DNA from: Selaginella moellendorffii
Lineage: Eukaryota; Plantae; Lycopodiophyta
Length of the DNA stretch: 64,000 nucleotides
Reading direction: 5' to 3'
Assembly (NCBI RefSeq): GCF_000143415.4
Contig: NW_003314451.1
Span: 27,472 to 91,471 of the forward strand
A model generated the notes under the pieces. It ran no database searches. It saw only the letters and a list, made by a program, of their open reading frames with translations, and was not told the origin of the DNA. A program made the position numbers and the translations under genes. Shown piece after piece: positions 35,553 to 47,355 of this stretch; position 1 is the stretch's first letter, and each line of letters opens with the position of its first letter.

Positions 35553-37790
35553 TTGCGTTGCAATGTGAGCGATGGCGGTGGATTCCAGCGCCAGGGCCAG
35601 GGCGCGGGCAATCGAAACGAGGTCAGTCACTGGAAATCTAGCCGCCGCGGCAATGCGGCGGCGCTGCTGGCGGCATTGAAGGCCGCGAGCAGAGCCAGAG
35701 ACATCGAGCGCGGCCGCCAGGCGCATCTGGAAGCCATCCATGGCGGGCTGGATTCCAGCGTTTTCGTGGCGAGCTCGCTCATCGATATGTATGCCAAATG
35801 CGGGAGAATGGAGGAGGCTAGGGCTGTGTTTGATGGGATTCTCCACCGTGACGTGGTTTCTTGGAGCTCCATCATTCTTGGCTACGCACAGAACGGGCAA
35901 GGGGGGGTTGCGCTCGAGCTCTTTGTTGAAATGCAGCGTGCCAAGGCGGAGGATCCTTCTTATCCGCAGGCTCCGAATTCCCAGACTTTCGTGGCTGCGA
36001 TCAGAGCTTGTAGCAGCATGATCAACGAGAAGAAGGAAGGAAAAGTTCGCGAGGATCGAATGGCTTGTCTGGAGAAAGGCATGGCCATCCATGCTCGAGC
36101 TCGGCTGGTCGGAGTGGACACGGATGGTTTCGTAGCATGTAGCTTGGTGGACTTTTACGCGAAGTGTGGAAGCATGGTGACTGCTCGCTGGGTTTTCGAT
36201 CGAGTGGACGATCGCAGCTACAGTGACTTGGTGCTGTGGACTGCTCTTATCTCAGGCTATGCACACAATGGTGACGGCGATATCGCTCTAGAGATTTTCG
36301 AGCAAGCGAGTGCCTTCTTCGATGCGAGCTCTTCTTCTCAGAGTTATTCGACCCGGACGATTTTCTTAGCGGCCGTGAAGGCTTGCACAAGCATAGCAGC
36401 AAAAGAAGAAGTCACAGACAAGCACAGGCTCGACCGCAGCGATGCTAACAAGTTCCTCAAGGCTGTGTCGCTAGAGAAAGGAATGGCAGTGCACTCGGCA
36501 GCAGCAAGGCTCGGGTATATGACGGCAGCAGACATTTTCCTGATGAGCTGCTTGGTGGATTTCTATGCAAAGTGTGGAACCATGGTGGATTCGCAACGAG
36601 TTTTTGACAGCATGAGCCGTCACGACGTTGTCTCGTGGACTGCTCTTGTCTGGGGGTATGCACACAACGGGCAGGAGGAGATCGCTTTGGAAGTTTACGC
36701 TCGGGTCCAACAACAGGGCTGTGCTTCAAACTCCCAGACGTTCGTGGCTGCTCTCAAGGCCGTCGTCTGTCTCGCGGAGGCTGAAGTTGGCAAAGAGATC
36801 GACGGGAAAGTCGTCAAGGTGACGGCTTTGGAGAAAGGAATGGCGATTCACTCCCAGGCAGCGAGCAGCGGCAAGCAGCATCACACGGAAACTTTCGTAG
36901 CGAACAGCCTGATCGACATGTACTCCAAGTGTGGAAGCATGGTGGACGCTCTGAGGAGTTTGGAGGCGATGGCTTCTCCTCCGGATATAATCTCGTGGAC
37001 AGCTCTGATCCTCGGCTATGCCGACGCTGGAGAAGGCAACCGAGCTCTTGAGATCTTTGCTCGAATGCAAAGTCAAGGTTGCCGTCCAAACGCTCATACA
37101 TTCGTGGCAGCCCTCAAGGCGTGTGGCAGCATCTCGGCTGTAGGAACTGGAAGAGTGATCCACGGAGAAATCTGCAAGTTCGGCCTGGAAACAACACTCA
37201 CTGCTGGGAACAGTCTGGTCGACTTCTACGGGAAGTCCGGAAGCATGGTCCGAGCTCGCCAAGTTTTCGACTGCATTCCAGCGCTCGACGTTGCGAGTTG
37301 GACGTCGCTCATGGCCGGATACTGTCACCAAGGCGAAGCAATGGCAGTTCTCGACCTCTTCGTTGGGATGGTCGACCAAGGCGTGAATCCAAACGAGATA
37401 ACTCTAGTGACAGTTCTCACGGCTTGCAGCCACGCCGGGCTCGTCCACAGAGGCAAGCGCTACTTCTCCGACATGAAAGAGAGATTTGGTCTCACTCCCA
37501 GGATTGATCACTACCACTGCCTCATCGATCTCCTGGGACGAGCAAACTTGCTGGAAGAAGCACTCAAGGTCGCGAAGACGATGCCAATGGAGGCTACTTC
37601 AGTGACATGGACGATCGTGTTGGTCGCGTGTGAGAAGTGGAAGAACATAGAAGTTGCGAAGATTGCATTTGAGGCACTGGTGGTTTTGGACGAGAACCAG
37701 GCGGGAGCTTACGTCCTCATGGCCAATGTCTATCGCCAACTTCGACCATTTGTAGTTTCATCTGGAGAAAACAAAACGATCAAGCTGTGA
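35553..37790 (+). CDS. PLS-class PPR protein with E domain; start uncertain
   Basis: Repeated SLVDFYAKCGSM / DVVSWTAL..GYA motifs, HYHCLIDLLGRA and an E-like end. No in-frame ATG near the ORF start. Confidence 0.88.
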   Translation: MRCNVSDGGGFQRQGQGAGNRNEVSHWKSSRRGNAAALLAALKAASRARDIERGRQAHLEAIHGGLDSSVFVASSLIDMYAKCGRMEEARAVFDGILHRDVVSWSSIILGYAQNGQGGVALELFVEMQRAKAEDPSYPQAPNSQTFVAAIRACSSMINEKKEGKVREDRMACLEKGMAIHARARLVGVDTDGFVACSLVDFYAKCGSMVTARWVFDRVDDRSYSDLVLWTALISGYAHNGDGDIALEIFEQASAFFDASSSSQSYSTRTIFLAAVKACTSIAAKEEVTDKHRLDRSDANKFLKAVSLEKGMAVHSAAARLGYMTAADIFLMSCLVDFYAKCGTMVDSQRVFDSMSRHDVVSWTALVWGYAHNGQEEIALEVYARVQQQGCASNSQTFVAALKAVVCLAEAEVGKEIDGKVVKVTALEKGMAIHSQAASSGKQHHTETFVANSLIDMYSKCGSMVDALRSLEAMASPPDIISWTALILGYADAGEGNRALEIFARMQSQGCRPNAHTFVAALKACGSISAVGTGRVIHGEICKFGLETTLTAGNSLVDFYGKSGSMVRARQVFDCIPALDVASWTSLMAGYCHQGEAMAVLDLFVGMVDQGVNPNEITLVTVLTACSHAGLVHRGKRYFSDMKERFGLTPRIDHYHCLIDLLGRANLLEEALKVAKTMPMEATSVTWTIVLVACEKWKNIEVAKIAFEALVVLDENQAGAYVLMANVYRQLRPFVVSSGENKTIKL

Positions 37791-37813
37791 AAGCCTGTAG
37801 ATCTCTGAAGAGG

Positions 37814-37890
37814 TGCTCCTATAGCGAGGCTCGGACTCGCGACCTTCAAGCTCATAAGACCAACACTCTGACCAGCTGAGCTAAGGGAGC
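37814..37890 (-). pseudogene. tRNA-Ile(UAU) pseudogene
   Basis: Reverse complement GCTCCCTTAGCTCAGCTGGTCAGAGTGTTGGTCTTATGAGCTTGAAGGTCGCGAGTCCGAGCCTCGCTATAGGAGCA; T-loop mutated, with insertions. Confidence 0.8.
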
Positions 37891-37927
37891 TTGACATTAA
37901 TCAAGCTTATCTGATACAGAGAGTTCA

Positions 37928-38135
37928 CACCGGGTCCACAGAGGCAAGCGCTACTTCTCGGACATGGAAGGGAGATTTGGTCTCGCTCCCAGGATTGATC
38001 ACTACCACTGCCTCATCGATCTCCTGGGACGAGCAGAAGAAGCCCTCAAGGTCGCGAAAACAATGCCAATGGAGGCTACTGCAGTGACATGGAGGAAGAA
38101 GTGAAAGAACATAGATTGTGTTTGAGGCGTTTGCA
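37928..38135 (+). pseudogene. Duplicated 3' fragment of the preceding PPR gene
   Basis: Near copy of ~37435-37680 with deletions. Confidence 0.85.
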
Positions 38136-39209
38136 GAGGTAAGAGAAGCTTTTAGATTGTGCTGGTTTTGATATGTGGATTTGCCAACAGGCATCTGAGT
38201 GATTCCAAACTGGAGATCATTTCGGAGCAGCTCATGCTCCGTACAAGAATTTCACAACTAAACCATTGAAGCTTTAGGATGGTCAACATGAGGGAATTTA
38301 AGGAATTTAACTTGCCCTGGAACAAGATGCGGTCAGCATAGGATAGTTCAGGTTGAACAACTTCTTGAAATCCGGCTGCATGTGTCTGGACACATCATCT
38401 GCTCGTAGTGAAATTGCACCTAAATGCCGAGCAATGTCTGGAGAGTCCAGAGATCAGGCTTGCATGTTAAACTGCCGTACGCCCAGACATGCACAGTGAG
38501 CGCCTCAAATGTGCAGTCCCTGTGATCGTATAGCTTTTCGAAGCCTTGCGATTGTACACAAACAAAGTTTTAGAAATACAAAACGAAAGCAATCAAACTT
38601 ACTCGTAGAGAAAACGGGAGAGCTGGGCCAGAAGGTGGCCGACGTCCAGGTCAGGGGCTCCAAAACTATTCAGCCCAGATTAGCAAATTTTGAAGTATTT
38701 TCAATTAAAATAAAAGATGTAGAAAATATAAATCATAATAACCAATTCACCAAGCATAAAAAAATCAAGTACAAAATGAGCAACATATGCTATTTGCATT
38801 AGCATAAAAAATGTTTTTATAAAATGTATTACCTCAAAAGGTAAACAGGGGTAAGAAGTTGCACCATACAAATTTACCACAAAACATGAGAGAGTGTAAC
38901 ATATACATGCGATGATTGTATGAAGTTTCGCATCATATATATAACAAACAATGTTTTATTATATACTCAATGTACAATATATTTCCTGCATTATATTTCC
39001 TGCATTTGGTGCTTCTTAGTTGAGTACAAGTAACTCTTATTAACTATGAAACCACCATCTGGCTAGAACTTGTTCTTGTCACTTAAGAACTTATTTAAAA
39101 GATCCATTTCTTTCTGGCTAGATCTTGTTCGTAAGTGACAAGAGAAAAGATCCATTCCTTTCCGGTTAGTTTAGAAAACAAGCTGTGAAAGCTTATATCT
39201 CCGAGGAGC

Positions 39210-39283
39210 TACTCCTAGCGAGGTTCGAACTCGCGACCTTCGGCTCATAAGACCAACGCTCTGACCACCTGAGCTAAGGGAGC
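39210..39283 (-). tRNA. tRNA-Ile(UAU), intronless; acceptor stem has two mismatches
   Basis: Reverse complement GCTCCCT TA GCTC AGGTGGTCA GAGC G TTGGT CTTATGA GCCGA AGGTC GCGAG TTCGAAC CTCGC TAGGAGT A folds into a cloverleaf with intact A and B boxes. Confidence 0.85.
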
Positions 39284-39299
39284 TTAACATCAGTCAGGC

Positions 39300-40916
39300 T
39301 TATCTTATGCTACTCGTACAAACAGTTCCCAGGGTACGTACGTCCGGCACAGCGCCAAGGAGGATGACGGCATCCATGGAGGAAACACTGTATGGCATCG
39401 TTGAGAGGAGCTCGCGGGCTTCGATCGCATAGCCCGATCGAGCGAGAGAGTCAATCACGCAGCAGTAGTGCTGTTTCGATGGCTTGATCTGGTAATCCAT
39501 CGCCGCGGAGACAAAGAACTGGCGGGCAGCGGCCGGAGATCCCGTGTGGCTGCACGACGCGAGCACGGAGACGAAGCACACCGCGTCGGGAAGGTCTGTG
39601 AGGAGCATCTGGTGGAAGAGATCGCGAGCGCGGGCGTAGTGATTTGGGCCATCGTGATCACTGGGATGGGACCTGTGGGCGGAGAGCATTGTGCTCCAGG
39701 AGAATCCATCGCGCTCCGGCATTCGATCGAAGAAGTGCTCCATTGCCACCAGGAGATCGCCCGATCGAGCGTGGGCTGTGAGGATCGCGTTCCACGACAC
39801 GAGGCTCTTGATGGGCATGGAATCGAACAAAGCCCGCGATTGATCGAGGCAGCCGATGGATGCGAGTAGCGAAAGGATGGAATTCCACGAGATAAGGTCG
39901 TGCTCGGGCATGCAATCGAAGATCTCCCCGGCATGATCAGCGTCTAGAGCTTTCGCGTGCGCTGCAAGGATCGAGTTCCAGGAAACAATGCTGTGCTGGG
40001 GGATCTGATCGAAGAGCGATCGGGCTTCCTCGATCCGGCCTTCCAGGCCAAATGCGGTGATTAGAGCAGTCCACGAGAAGAGATTGCGCTCCGGCATTCG
40101 CAAGAAGAGATTCTTGGCTTCGTCTAGCCTCCCGATTTGGGAAAATCCAGTGAGAATCGTGGTCCAGGAGATGAGATCTCGGCTCTCCATCGAATCAAAG
40201 AGAGACTTTACAATGTCAAGGTGTCCTTCTTGGGCATTTGCTGCGAGAACTATGTTCCAACTTCGCAAGTTCCACTCTGGCATGGATCCAAACACAATAT
40301 CTACCATTGTTACATTCTTAGTTTGTAGTGCTACTACTAGGTGTGTGTTCCAAGAGACAATGCTTCGCATTGGCATCAAATCAAAAGCATTTGCTACAGC
40401 CACAACATGCCCTGCCTCGGCAAATGCTGCTAAGAGAGAATTCCATGAGATTAGATTGGGCTCTGGCATTCTATAGAACATCCGTTTTGCTTCTTCTAGA
40501 AATCCAGCCTTTCCAAGTCCATAGATCATCGAGGTCCAGGAAATCGTGTTCCAATGAGGCATAGAATTAAAAACCCCTTGCGCCTCGCGGAGATACCCAC
40601 AGCGCATGTAAGCCGTGATCATGGCGTTGCAAGCGACGATGCTCATCGCTGGTTCTGGAATAGAATCAAAAACTAGCTTGGCAAGATCGAGATTGCCATT
40701 TTCGGAGCAAGCACACAGGAAAATCACCCAGGAGAATCTGTTCTTGCTGGAGATAGAATCGAAAACACGCTTGGCTTGATCCAGGCTGCCACAGCGCCCA
40801 TACATCTCGATCAGCCGATTGGAGTGGAGGATACCGTCGCTGGATCGATCCAATTGCGAGAACTCAAGGAGCTGCGAGTGGATTGGATGCGCTTGAGCGA
40901 GAGAATGACAATTCAT
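39300..40916 (-). CDS. PLS-class PPR protein, S-motif-rich, E domain truncated
   Basis: Tandem SWN/SWT ~31-aa repeats and HYCCVIDSLARSG. First ATG at ~40916. Confidence 0.9.
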   Translation of the reverse strand: MNCHSLAQAHPIHSQLLEFSQLDRSSDGILHSNRLIEMYGRCGSLDQAKRVFDSISSKNRFSWVIFLCACSENGNLDLAKLVFDSIPEPAMSIVACNAMITAYMRCGYLREAQGVFNSMPHWNTISWTSMIYGLGKAGFLEEAKRMFYRMPEPNLISWNSLLAAFAEAGHVVAVANAFDLMPMRSIVSWNTHLVVALQTKNVTMVDIVFGSMPEWNLRSWNIVLAANAQEGHLDIVKSLFDSMESRDLISWTTILTGFSQIGRLDEAKNLFLRMPERNLFSWTALITAFGLEGRIEEARSLFDQIPQHSIVSWNSILAAHAKALDADHAGEIFDCMPEHDLISWNSILSLLASIGCLDQSRALFDSMPIKSLVSWNAILTAHARSGDLLVAMEHFFDRMPERDGFSWSTMLSAHRSHPSDHDGPNHYARARDLFHQMLLTDLPDAVCFVSVLASCSHTGSPAAARQFFVSAAMDYQIKPSKQHYCCVIDSLARSGYAIEARELLSTMPYSVSSMDAVILLGAVPDVRTLGTVCTSSIR

Positions 40917-41161
40917 TCGCAATTGGGAAGATTTACCAAACACTGAGCTAGTGTTTGCTAAAGATTTACCAAACAATGGGGGCCAGTGGGAACGCGAGGC
41001 CGTTTGCTAAGCTAGGCAGAGTATATAAATTCCTCTGTCTGCCCTAGAACAGAGGTGAGGGATGATGGAAGAGAAGAATGCCGTCGCTTTGCTCGTCTCC
41101 CTTCCAGGGTTTCCAGGGTTTCCAGGCGGGAGCGGCTGATCCATCGAGGCGCGCTCTCGCA

Positions 41162-43921
41162 ATGGCGTCAGCGGGGTCTCCATCGGCTGCTGCTACCAAG
41201 ATGAAGAAGCCGGCGAAACCAGCTCCCAAGGTGACTCTGGAGAGCTTTGTGAGCAAGATGCTGCCTCTTCTCGAGCTGGAGAAGGTGAGTGTGTGGATTC
41301 CTCAGCGATATTTCGAGTGATTTTGTGGATGGATTCGTGTGTAGGAGGCGGAGATTGCTGCGTCTACCGAAACAATTGGAATGACGAACCCTGACGTTCT
41401 ACAGCAGCGTGGCTCGGCTGTGAAAGGATTAAAGTGTGTTGGTGTCGAGGTGAGTGGCTTGTACACTTTGCAGCTGCTTCATTTTTTTTTTTCTCGATTC
41501 GTCAGGCAGGATTGCTGGGAAAGTCTTTGCTTCTCTTGCAACCGAATTCTGGAGAGCTTCTTCCGTCTCACAAGGTACATTTCTTTACGTTCTTGTGGTG
41601 TTTAAGTGCATCATTTTCTTCATTGTTCTTGGTTGGCAGCTGTCTACACACGATGTTGTGCTTTTAAAGCCAAACAAGGGAGGCTCGGCAGCTGAATCGC
41701 TGGGTCAAGGTGTTGTCTACCGCATAAAGGTGTGGCTGGATTGTGATTTGTGGCTTCCTGATGTTTTCGCTTGTCTTTTGGTGGTAGGATAAGTCTATCA
41801 CGGTTGCTATGGATGATGTTCCAGACGAAGGCGTTAATTCGCTTCTTAGGCTGGAGAAAGTCGCGAATGAGGTTGGTACTCTAGTCACGAAGCTGATGAT
41901 ACAATGGCCTTGGTTCAGGTCACCTATCAAAGACTTAAAAGTACATTGTTGGACCTTGGCAAGGGTGTTTCAAGAGGTCCAGCAACTGATCTGGTTCCTG
42001 TGCTTTTCGGCGAGAAGCCTCCCTCGTTTTCCAAGACACATGCCACGTATGAACCTTACAACACAGAGCTTGACGAGTCTCAGGTGAGCGTTGTTGTCCA
42101 TTAGTTTGCTTGAGAAATGATCTGCATCGTATCAGGTTAAAGCTGTCAAAATGGCTCTAAGCGCACAAGATGTGATGCTACTTCATGGTCCGCCTGGAAC
42201 TGGGAAGACGACGGCAGTGGTCGAAATTATTTTGCAGGAGGTTAAGCGGGGGCTCAAAGTTCTTGCTTGCGCTTCTTCGAACATTGCCGTGGACAACATG
42301 GTGGAAAGACTCGCCTGCCACAAGTCTGTATAATTTGCATGCGTCATTGTTTTTTGAATTTTATACGCAGGGTGAAGGTTGTGCGCTTGGGACATCCAGC
42401 TCGTCTTTTGCCGCAAGTTCTTGACTGTGCACTGGATGCTCAGGCAAGCATTTTCAGTTTTCGTCAAGCTTTCTCAAAAGGGGATTCTTGCAGGTACTCA
42501 AAACCGACAACAGCTCGTTAGCCAAGGACATCAGAAAGGAGATTAGTGTAAGTCTTTCATTCCTATTGTTTTTCATGAACTGCATGGCATTCTCTTTCGT
42601 TGTCCAGGTTCTCAATGCGAAGATTCTAAAGGCCAAAGATCGAAAGAGCAGAGCCGAGCTAAGGAGAGAGCTGCGCCAATTGTCGAAGGAAGAGCGCCAA
42701 AGACAACAANNNNNNNNNNNNNNNNNNNNNNNNNNNNNNNNNNNNNNNNNNNNNNNNNNNNNNNNNNNNNNNNNNNNNNNNNNNNNNNNNNNNNNNNNNN
42801 NNNNNNNNNTCCTCTGTTGTGCTCACGACCTTGACTGGAGCCATGTCTGCACAACTGCAAAAGGTTGACTTCGATGTCGTTGTTCTTGACGAGGCTGCTC
42901 AGGCCCTTGAGACGGCTTGCTGGATCGCCATTTTAAAGGTAATACTAGTCTTTCATTCTTGTTTTGGGATAGAACGAGTGTGTTTTTACGTACTTGTGCA
43001 GGGACGAAGATGTCTTCTCGCTGGCGACCATCTCCAGCTCGCTCCAACAGTACTGAGTAAAGAAGCCGAGAAGCAAGGCTTTGGAACAACATTATTTGAA
43101 CGCCTGGCAGGACTGTATGCCAGTCAAGCCATGACAATGCTCACAGTGCAGTACCGTATGCACGAGCACATTATGGATTGGTCTTCCCACGAGCTCTATG
43201 GCGGCAAGGTCGGTACGGATTGGACTTTTTTGAAACTGACAACGAGACATGCTTTTTACCAGATTCAAGCACACGAGCTTGTGGCAAGCCGCAAATTATT
43301 CGAACTAGATGGCGTCAAGAAAACTCCTGCAACTGAGCACACGCTCGTCCTCATCGACATCTGTGGCTGCGACATGGAAGAGTCAAAGGACGAGACTGAG
43401 AGCTCTTTCAACGAAGGCGAAGCCCGCATTGCTATTACTCACGCCCAAAAACTCGTGGAAAGTGGAGTTAAGGCTATTGACATCGGAATAGTCACACCGT
43501 ATGCGGCCCAGGTATCTATATATTGTTTCAGGGTTTGTGTTGTCTCTAAGTTTCACGCAATGCAGGTGAATGTTCTGAGGCGCATGAGAAATGAGGAACA
43601 GCGTTTACTGGAAGTGGAAATCAGCACTATTGACGGTTTTCAAGGCCGGGAGAAGGAAGCAATGATAATTTCCATGGTTCGCTCCAACGATAAAAAGGAG
43701 GTATGGTTTTCTTGTTGAGGTAGCAGTGAGACTAAAAGCTTATGCTTTAGGTTGGGTTCTTGAGTGACAAGCGGAGGATGAACGTTGCAGTTACGAGAGC
43801 AAAAAGGCAATGCTGTGTCATATGTGATTCGGACACTGTGGGAAAAGATCCATTTCTCAAGCGGCTTTTGGATTATTTTGAGAAGCATGGAGAATATTGT
43901 TATGGTCTTTATTATCAATGA
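41162..43921 (+). CDS. IGHMBP2: IGHMBP2/SMUBP-2-type SF1 (Upf1-like) helicase, multi-exon; alternative ATG at 41078; spans an assembly gap
   Basis: [49 protein letters not shown] and [11 protein letters not shown]. Confidence 0.93.
42710..42809. other. Assembly gap (100 N)
   Basis: Run of n. Confidence 0.99.
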
Positions 43922-46235
43922 CTTAATTGCGGTTTCTCTGCTAACGTTTGAGACACATTGCCACGATCAATCTCATTGTTTCACTTGCGCTTACAGATCT
44001 ATTTCAAGCTCTTGATCCTTGACCAGACGTGTTCTCTACCTTTCTTTTATCTATGATATTTGGATTAAAAGCTTTGGTTGTGAAACATCTTTCCATTCTA
44101 TTACCACCTGCTTTCTAGTGCACCAGTAGTTCCACATCATATGCTCCAACGAGTGAGCATTCGTGCAGCCTTCTCCCCTCTATCACAAACCCGCTGCTGC
44201 AATCCTCTAATCGGGAGCCTCTGACAAAGTACCATCTCTACTGCAGAAGTGCTCTTCGGACTGGACGTCAACGATAAGCTCCCGACCTGGAACCGGCATA
44301 CCAGGTGCCAGATTTTATACCAGGGTCTCAACAAGGAGAGTCATGGGTGATGCAGCACACTTTGGACAAGCATGTTGCTGTCCCGCTGGGAAAGTCCCAC
44401 CGGTGAGCAAATTGAGCAACAGAAAGATTACATTGACAAGACAAACAGTTCTTGGCCAGTGTTGTGCAGCTGATGTCCAAGTAGATGGAACCGACTCACT
44501 CGATACAGCCATGCAGTTCTCAAACAAGCTGAAAAATTAGCTGCTGATGGATCTGGAAGAGGAATTCAAAGGAGGGGCACGATAATTCGTGGCTATATGT
44601 TTCTTACTTAAAGATCCTTATCGACCAGTATTTTGATTCCTCAGAGGAGTTTGCTTCCCTGGGAGAGCTGCAGAAGCACACATGCTATTTTCTTGTAAAC
44701 CATAATGAGGATAGAAAAACTACGTAGATATCAAACTTGAACACCAATTTTAAGGTTTAATTCTTGCTGAAACTCTAGTCCCTAATAGTAAGTTTTCTCT
44801 GAAGCATGATTAAGAAATGATAAAAAAAAGTACTTGAAATCACTCTAAAACTACTTTATTGATAATCACTTCAGATTTTTTGTATCCCGTTATCATTATT
44901 TTACAATAATTTAAACATCAGTTTGTATTGGTGATAAGTAAAAATAATAACATTAAACTTTGATTATAAATTGAATTAGTGAAAATTTAAAAGTAGAAAA
45001 TCATGACTATTGGATTGAGGAAACTATAGCTATATTATTTACACCTCTCCTACTACAAGTTTTCTAAAGAATAAAAAGTACTTAGAGGTTTTTGGTGTAG
45101 TATTGGATATACCTAAAATATTCTTAGATATTCTGGTATATTTTACTATTTAACAAATTAGCCTTTAATTTATAAACCTTTTCAAGTTAGTAAATACCCT
45201 TTACCTTTACCCTTTGAGCAAACACCTCCATACATATTCTAGCAGTGAATCAAAATTTGAAGTTAGAATAAAAGGATTATATATTATAGTAAAAATAAGT
45301 AAATTATTTTTACTTACTTACTTAAAAAAGTTAATATGTAATTTAATATTTTCTTATGGAGTTTTTTGCTTCATGTAGAGCCAAAAATGTCAAAACAAAT
45401 GAAGTTGGATATATTGTGGCTAACACTTTATCAAAGTTTTTCAAGACTTATGCATATATTTGCCCCAACCATTTTTTACGCTTTTCGATTGGTACAATGT
45501 TAGGAAATATCACTTCTTCCACTTATAATTGCATGTGCTTCAGTTCTATATCATAAAATTTTTAATCAATTAGAAAAAGGTGTGCACTGTTGTTCATGGG
45601 TGTTTTCCTCTATACTTGAATTTGTATAAATCATCTCTTTAGTTATTTTCTTTAATTATTTACAGATATAAAAAGTATAAATATGATGCTATATACTAAT
45701 ATTATCATAATGAGATTTGATTTTAAATTCAAACCATTTCCTATTTTCTCTCTATATAAACTATGTTTATTTAGTATGGCTTAACTTGAAAATATCATAA
45801 TTTATATTATAATACTAATAATACTAATTTTCTTACCATTCAATATAAAAAATAAATCTAAAGTCTATTGTGATTTAGAAGAGTTTATTTTTCCTATTTC
45901 TTTCATGTAATATTTCAATATAAAAAAAATTAAAATTAATTTATACTAATTAAATTTTTAAAATAATAATTTTAAAAATGCCAAAAAAATTTATATATTA
46001 GATATATGGTAACTGTATTAAAAATTTAAATTTTAAATTATCTTTTATTTTATTATAAATTAGAAGTTATAACATTTAGCTATTTTTATTAATATTTATT
46101 TTAATTTTAATTTTTTTGTGTAAGTTAATAGTGTAGTCAAATATAAATCTAAATTAAAAGTCATCTTAGTTTTGTAGTATTTTATATATAAAAGGTTTTA
46201 AAACTCTTTTTATCACACTCTTATTAGTTATAGAT

Positions 46236-47102
46236 ATGAAGTATTTTTATATTTTATTCTTTTTTACATTTTGTATTAACATACAGATAATTTTTGCTCC
46301 AAAGAAGTTTCCTCCAACATTTGGAAGATTAAATATTTTAAATCAGCATGATATTAAAACAATTATTGGAGCTATTTATGGTTTAATATTTACAATTGAT
46401 CGTGCAAAAAATGATTATATTGTTCAAACATTTAGTGAACAAACTGAAGTGATTACATCACAAGGAATTGTTGATTTAATAATTAAAGTTAAGCCAAATT
46501 GTGATGGTGACGGTACTGAAACTATTAAAGGTGAGTATTTAATAGAAGGTTTTAATAGAATTGTGAGTAGTACTGTTACTAGTATTTCTGAAAATCTTTC
46601 AGACTTTTTTCAAAAAGAAACCAATAAATTTTCTATACAGTATAAACTTAGAGAAAGGTCTGAACTTTTATTAGAAAAAAGACATGAAAAATATCATACT
46701 TTATTTTTATTTTGTCGTCTTGAAAGTAGCAATTTATATTCTGGTTTTAAAATCTATAGAGATCAATTTTTAAGATCACCAAATAATAAGAATAGTTTGT
46801 TATTGGATTCAAGATGTAACCTTATCTTATATTCAAAAAATTTTAAAATTTGGGAATCTGAAACATCAAGAAATACTTATAAAAATTGCTTTTTATTATT
46901 AATGTTAAATGGTAATTTGGTTTTGTTTTATGATGAAGAAATTATATGGGATACTAAAAGTTTTTGTAAGGAAAGTCACTGTACTTTGATATCAGTGTTC
47001 ACTATTCAAAATGATTGTAATTTAGTAATTTATAATGCAAAATATCCTAATACTGTATTATGGTCGTCAAAAACCTCACATCATAAGTTCTGTTATATTT
47101 AA
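46236..47102 (+). CDS. Secreted 288-aa protein: unknown N-terminal domain plus C-terminal bulb-type (GNA/B) lectin, copy 1
   Basis: Hydrophobic signal peptide. B-lectin repeats LLLDSRCNLILY..IWES, LMLNGNLVLF..IWDT and IQNDCNLVIY..LWSS (one intact QxDxNxVxY). Intronless ORF kept open in very AT-rich DNA; TATATAAA about 50 bp upstream. Confidence 0.85.
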   Translation: MKYFYILFFFTFCINIQIIFAPKKFPPTFGRLNILNQHDIKTIIGAIYGLIFTIDRAKNDYIVQTFSEQTEVITSQGIVDLIIKVKPNCDGDGTETIKGEYLIEGFNRIVSSTVTSISENLSDFFQKETNKFSIQYKLRERSELLLEKRHEKYHTLFLFCRLESSNLYSGFKIYRDQFLRSPNNKNSLLLDSRCNLILYSKNFKIWESETSRNTYKNCFLLLMLNGNLVLFYDEEIIWDTKSFCKESHCTLISVFTIQNDCNLVIYNAKYPNTVLWSSKTSHHKFCYI

Positions 47103-47355
47103 TTATTAAAAAGCATTATCGTTCTAGGTTTACTTAATAAAATTTAGTAATTTTAGCTAAATAATAATAACCTATCATTTGTGATCTCCTCTAACAATTA
47201 TTCAAGTAGTGGTGGAGTTGCTATTATTCTTTTAGATGTATGTAAATGTATATTTTTTTAAAATACCTGTTGCTCCTACTAATAATAATATAAAGTTTCT
47301 TAATGTTAACTGTTAAAAATAATTGATAGTTTAATTCCATATACACATCTTCTAA

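Noticed and set aside
38190-39050. Coding-like fragment followed by caggggctcc (hAT-TIR-like) and an AT-rich tract
   Set aside because: No partner TIR or TSD and no identifiable protein.
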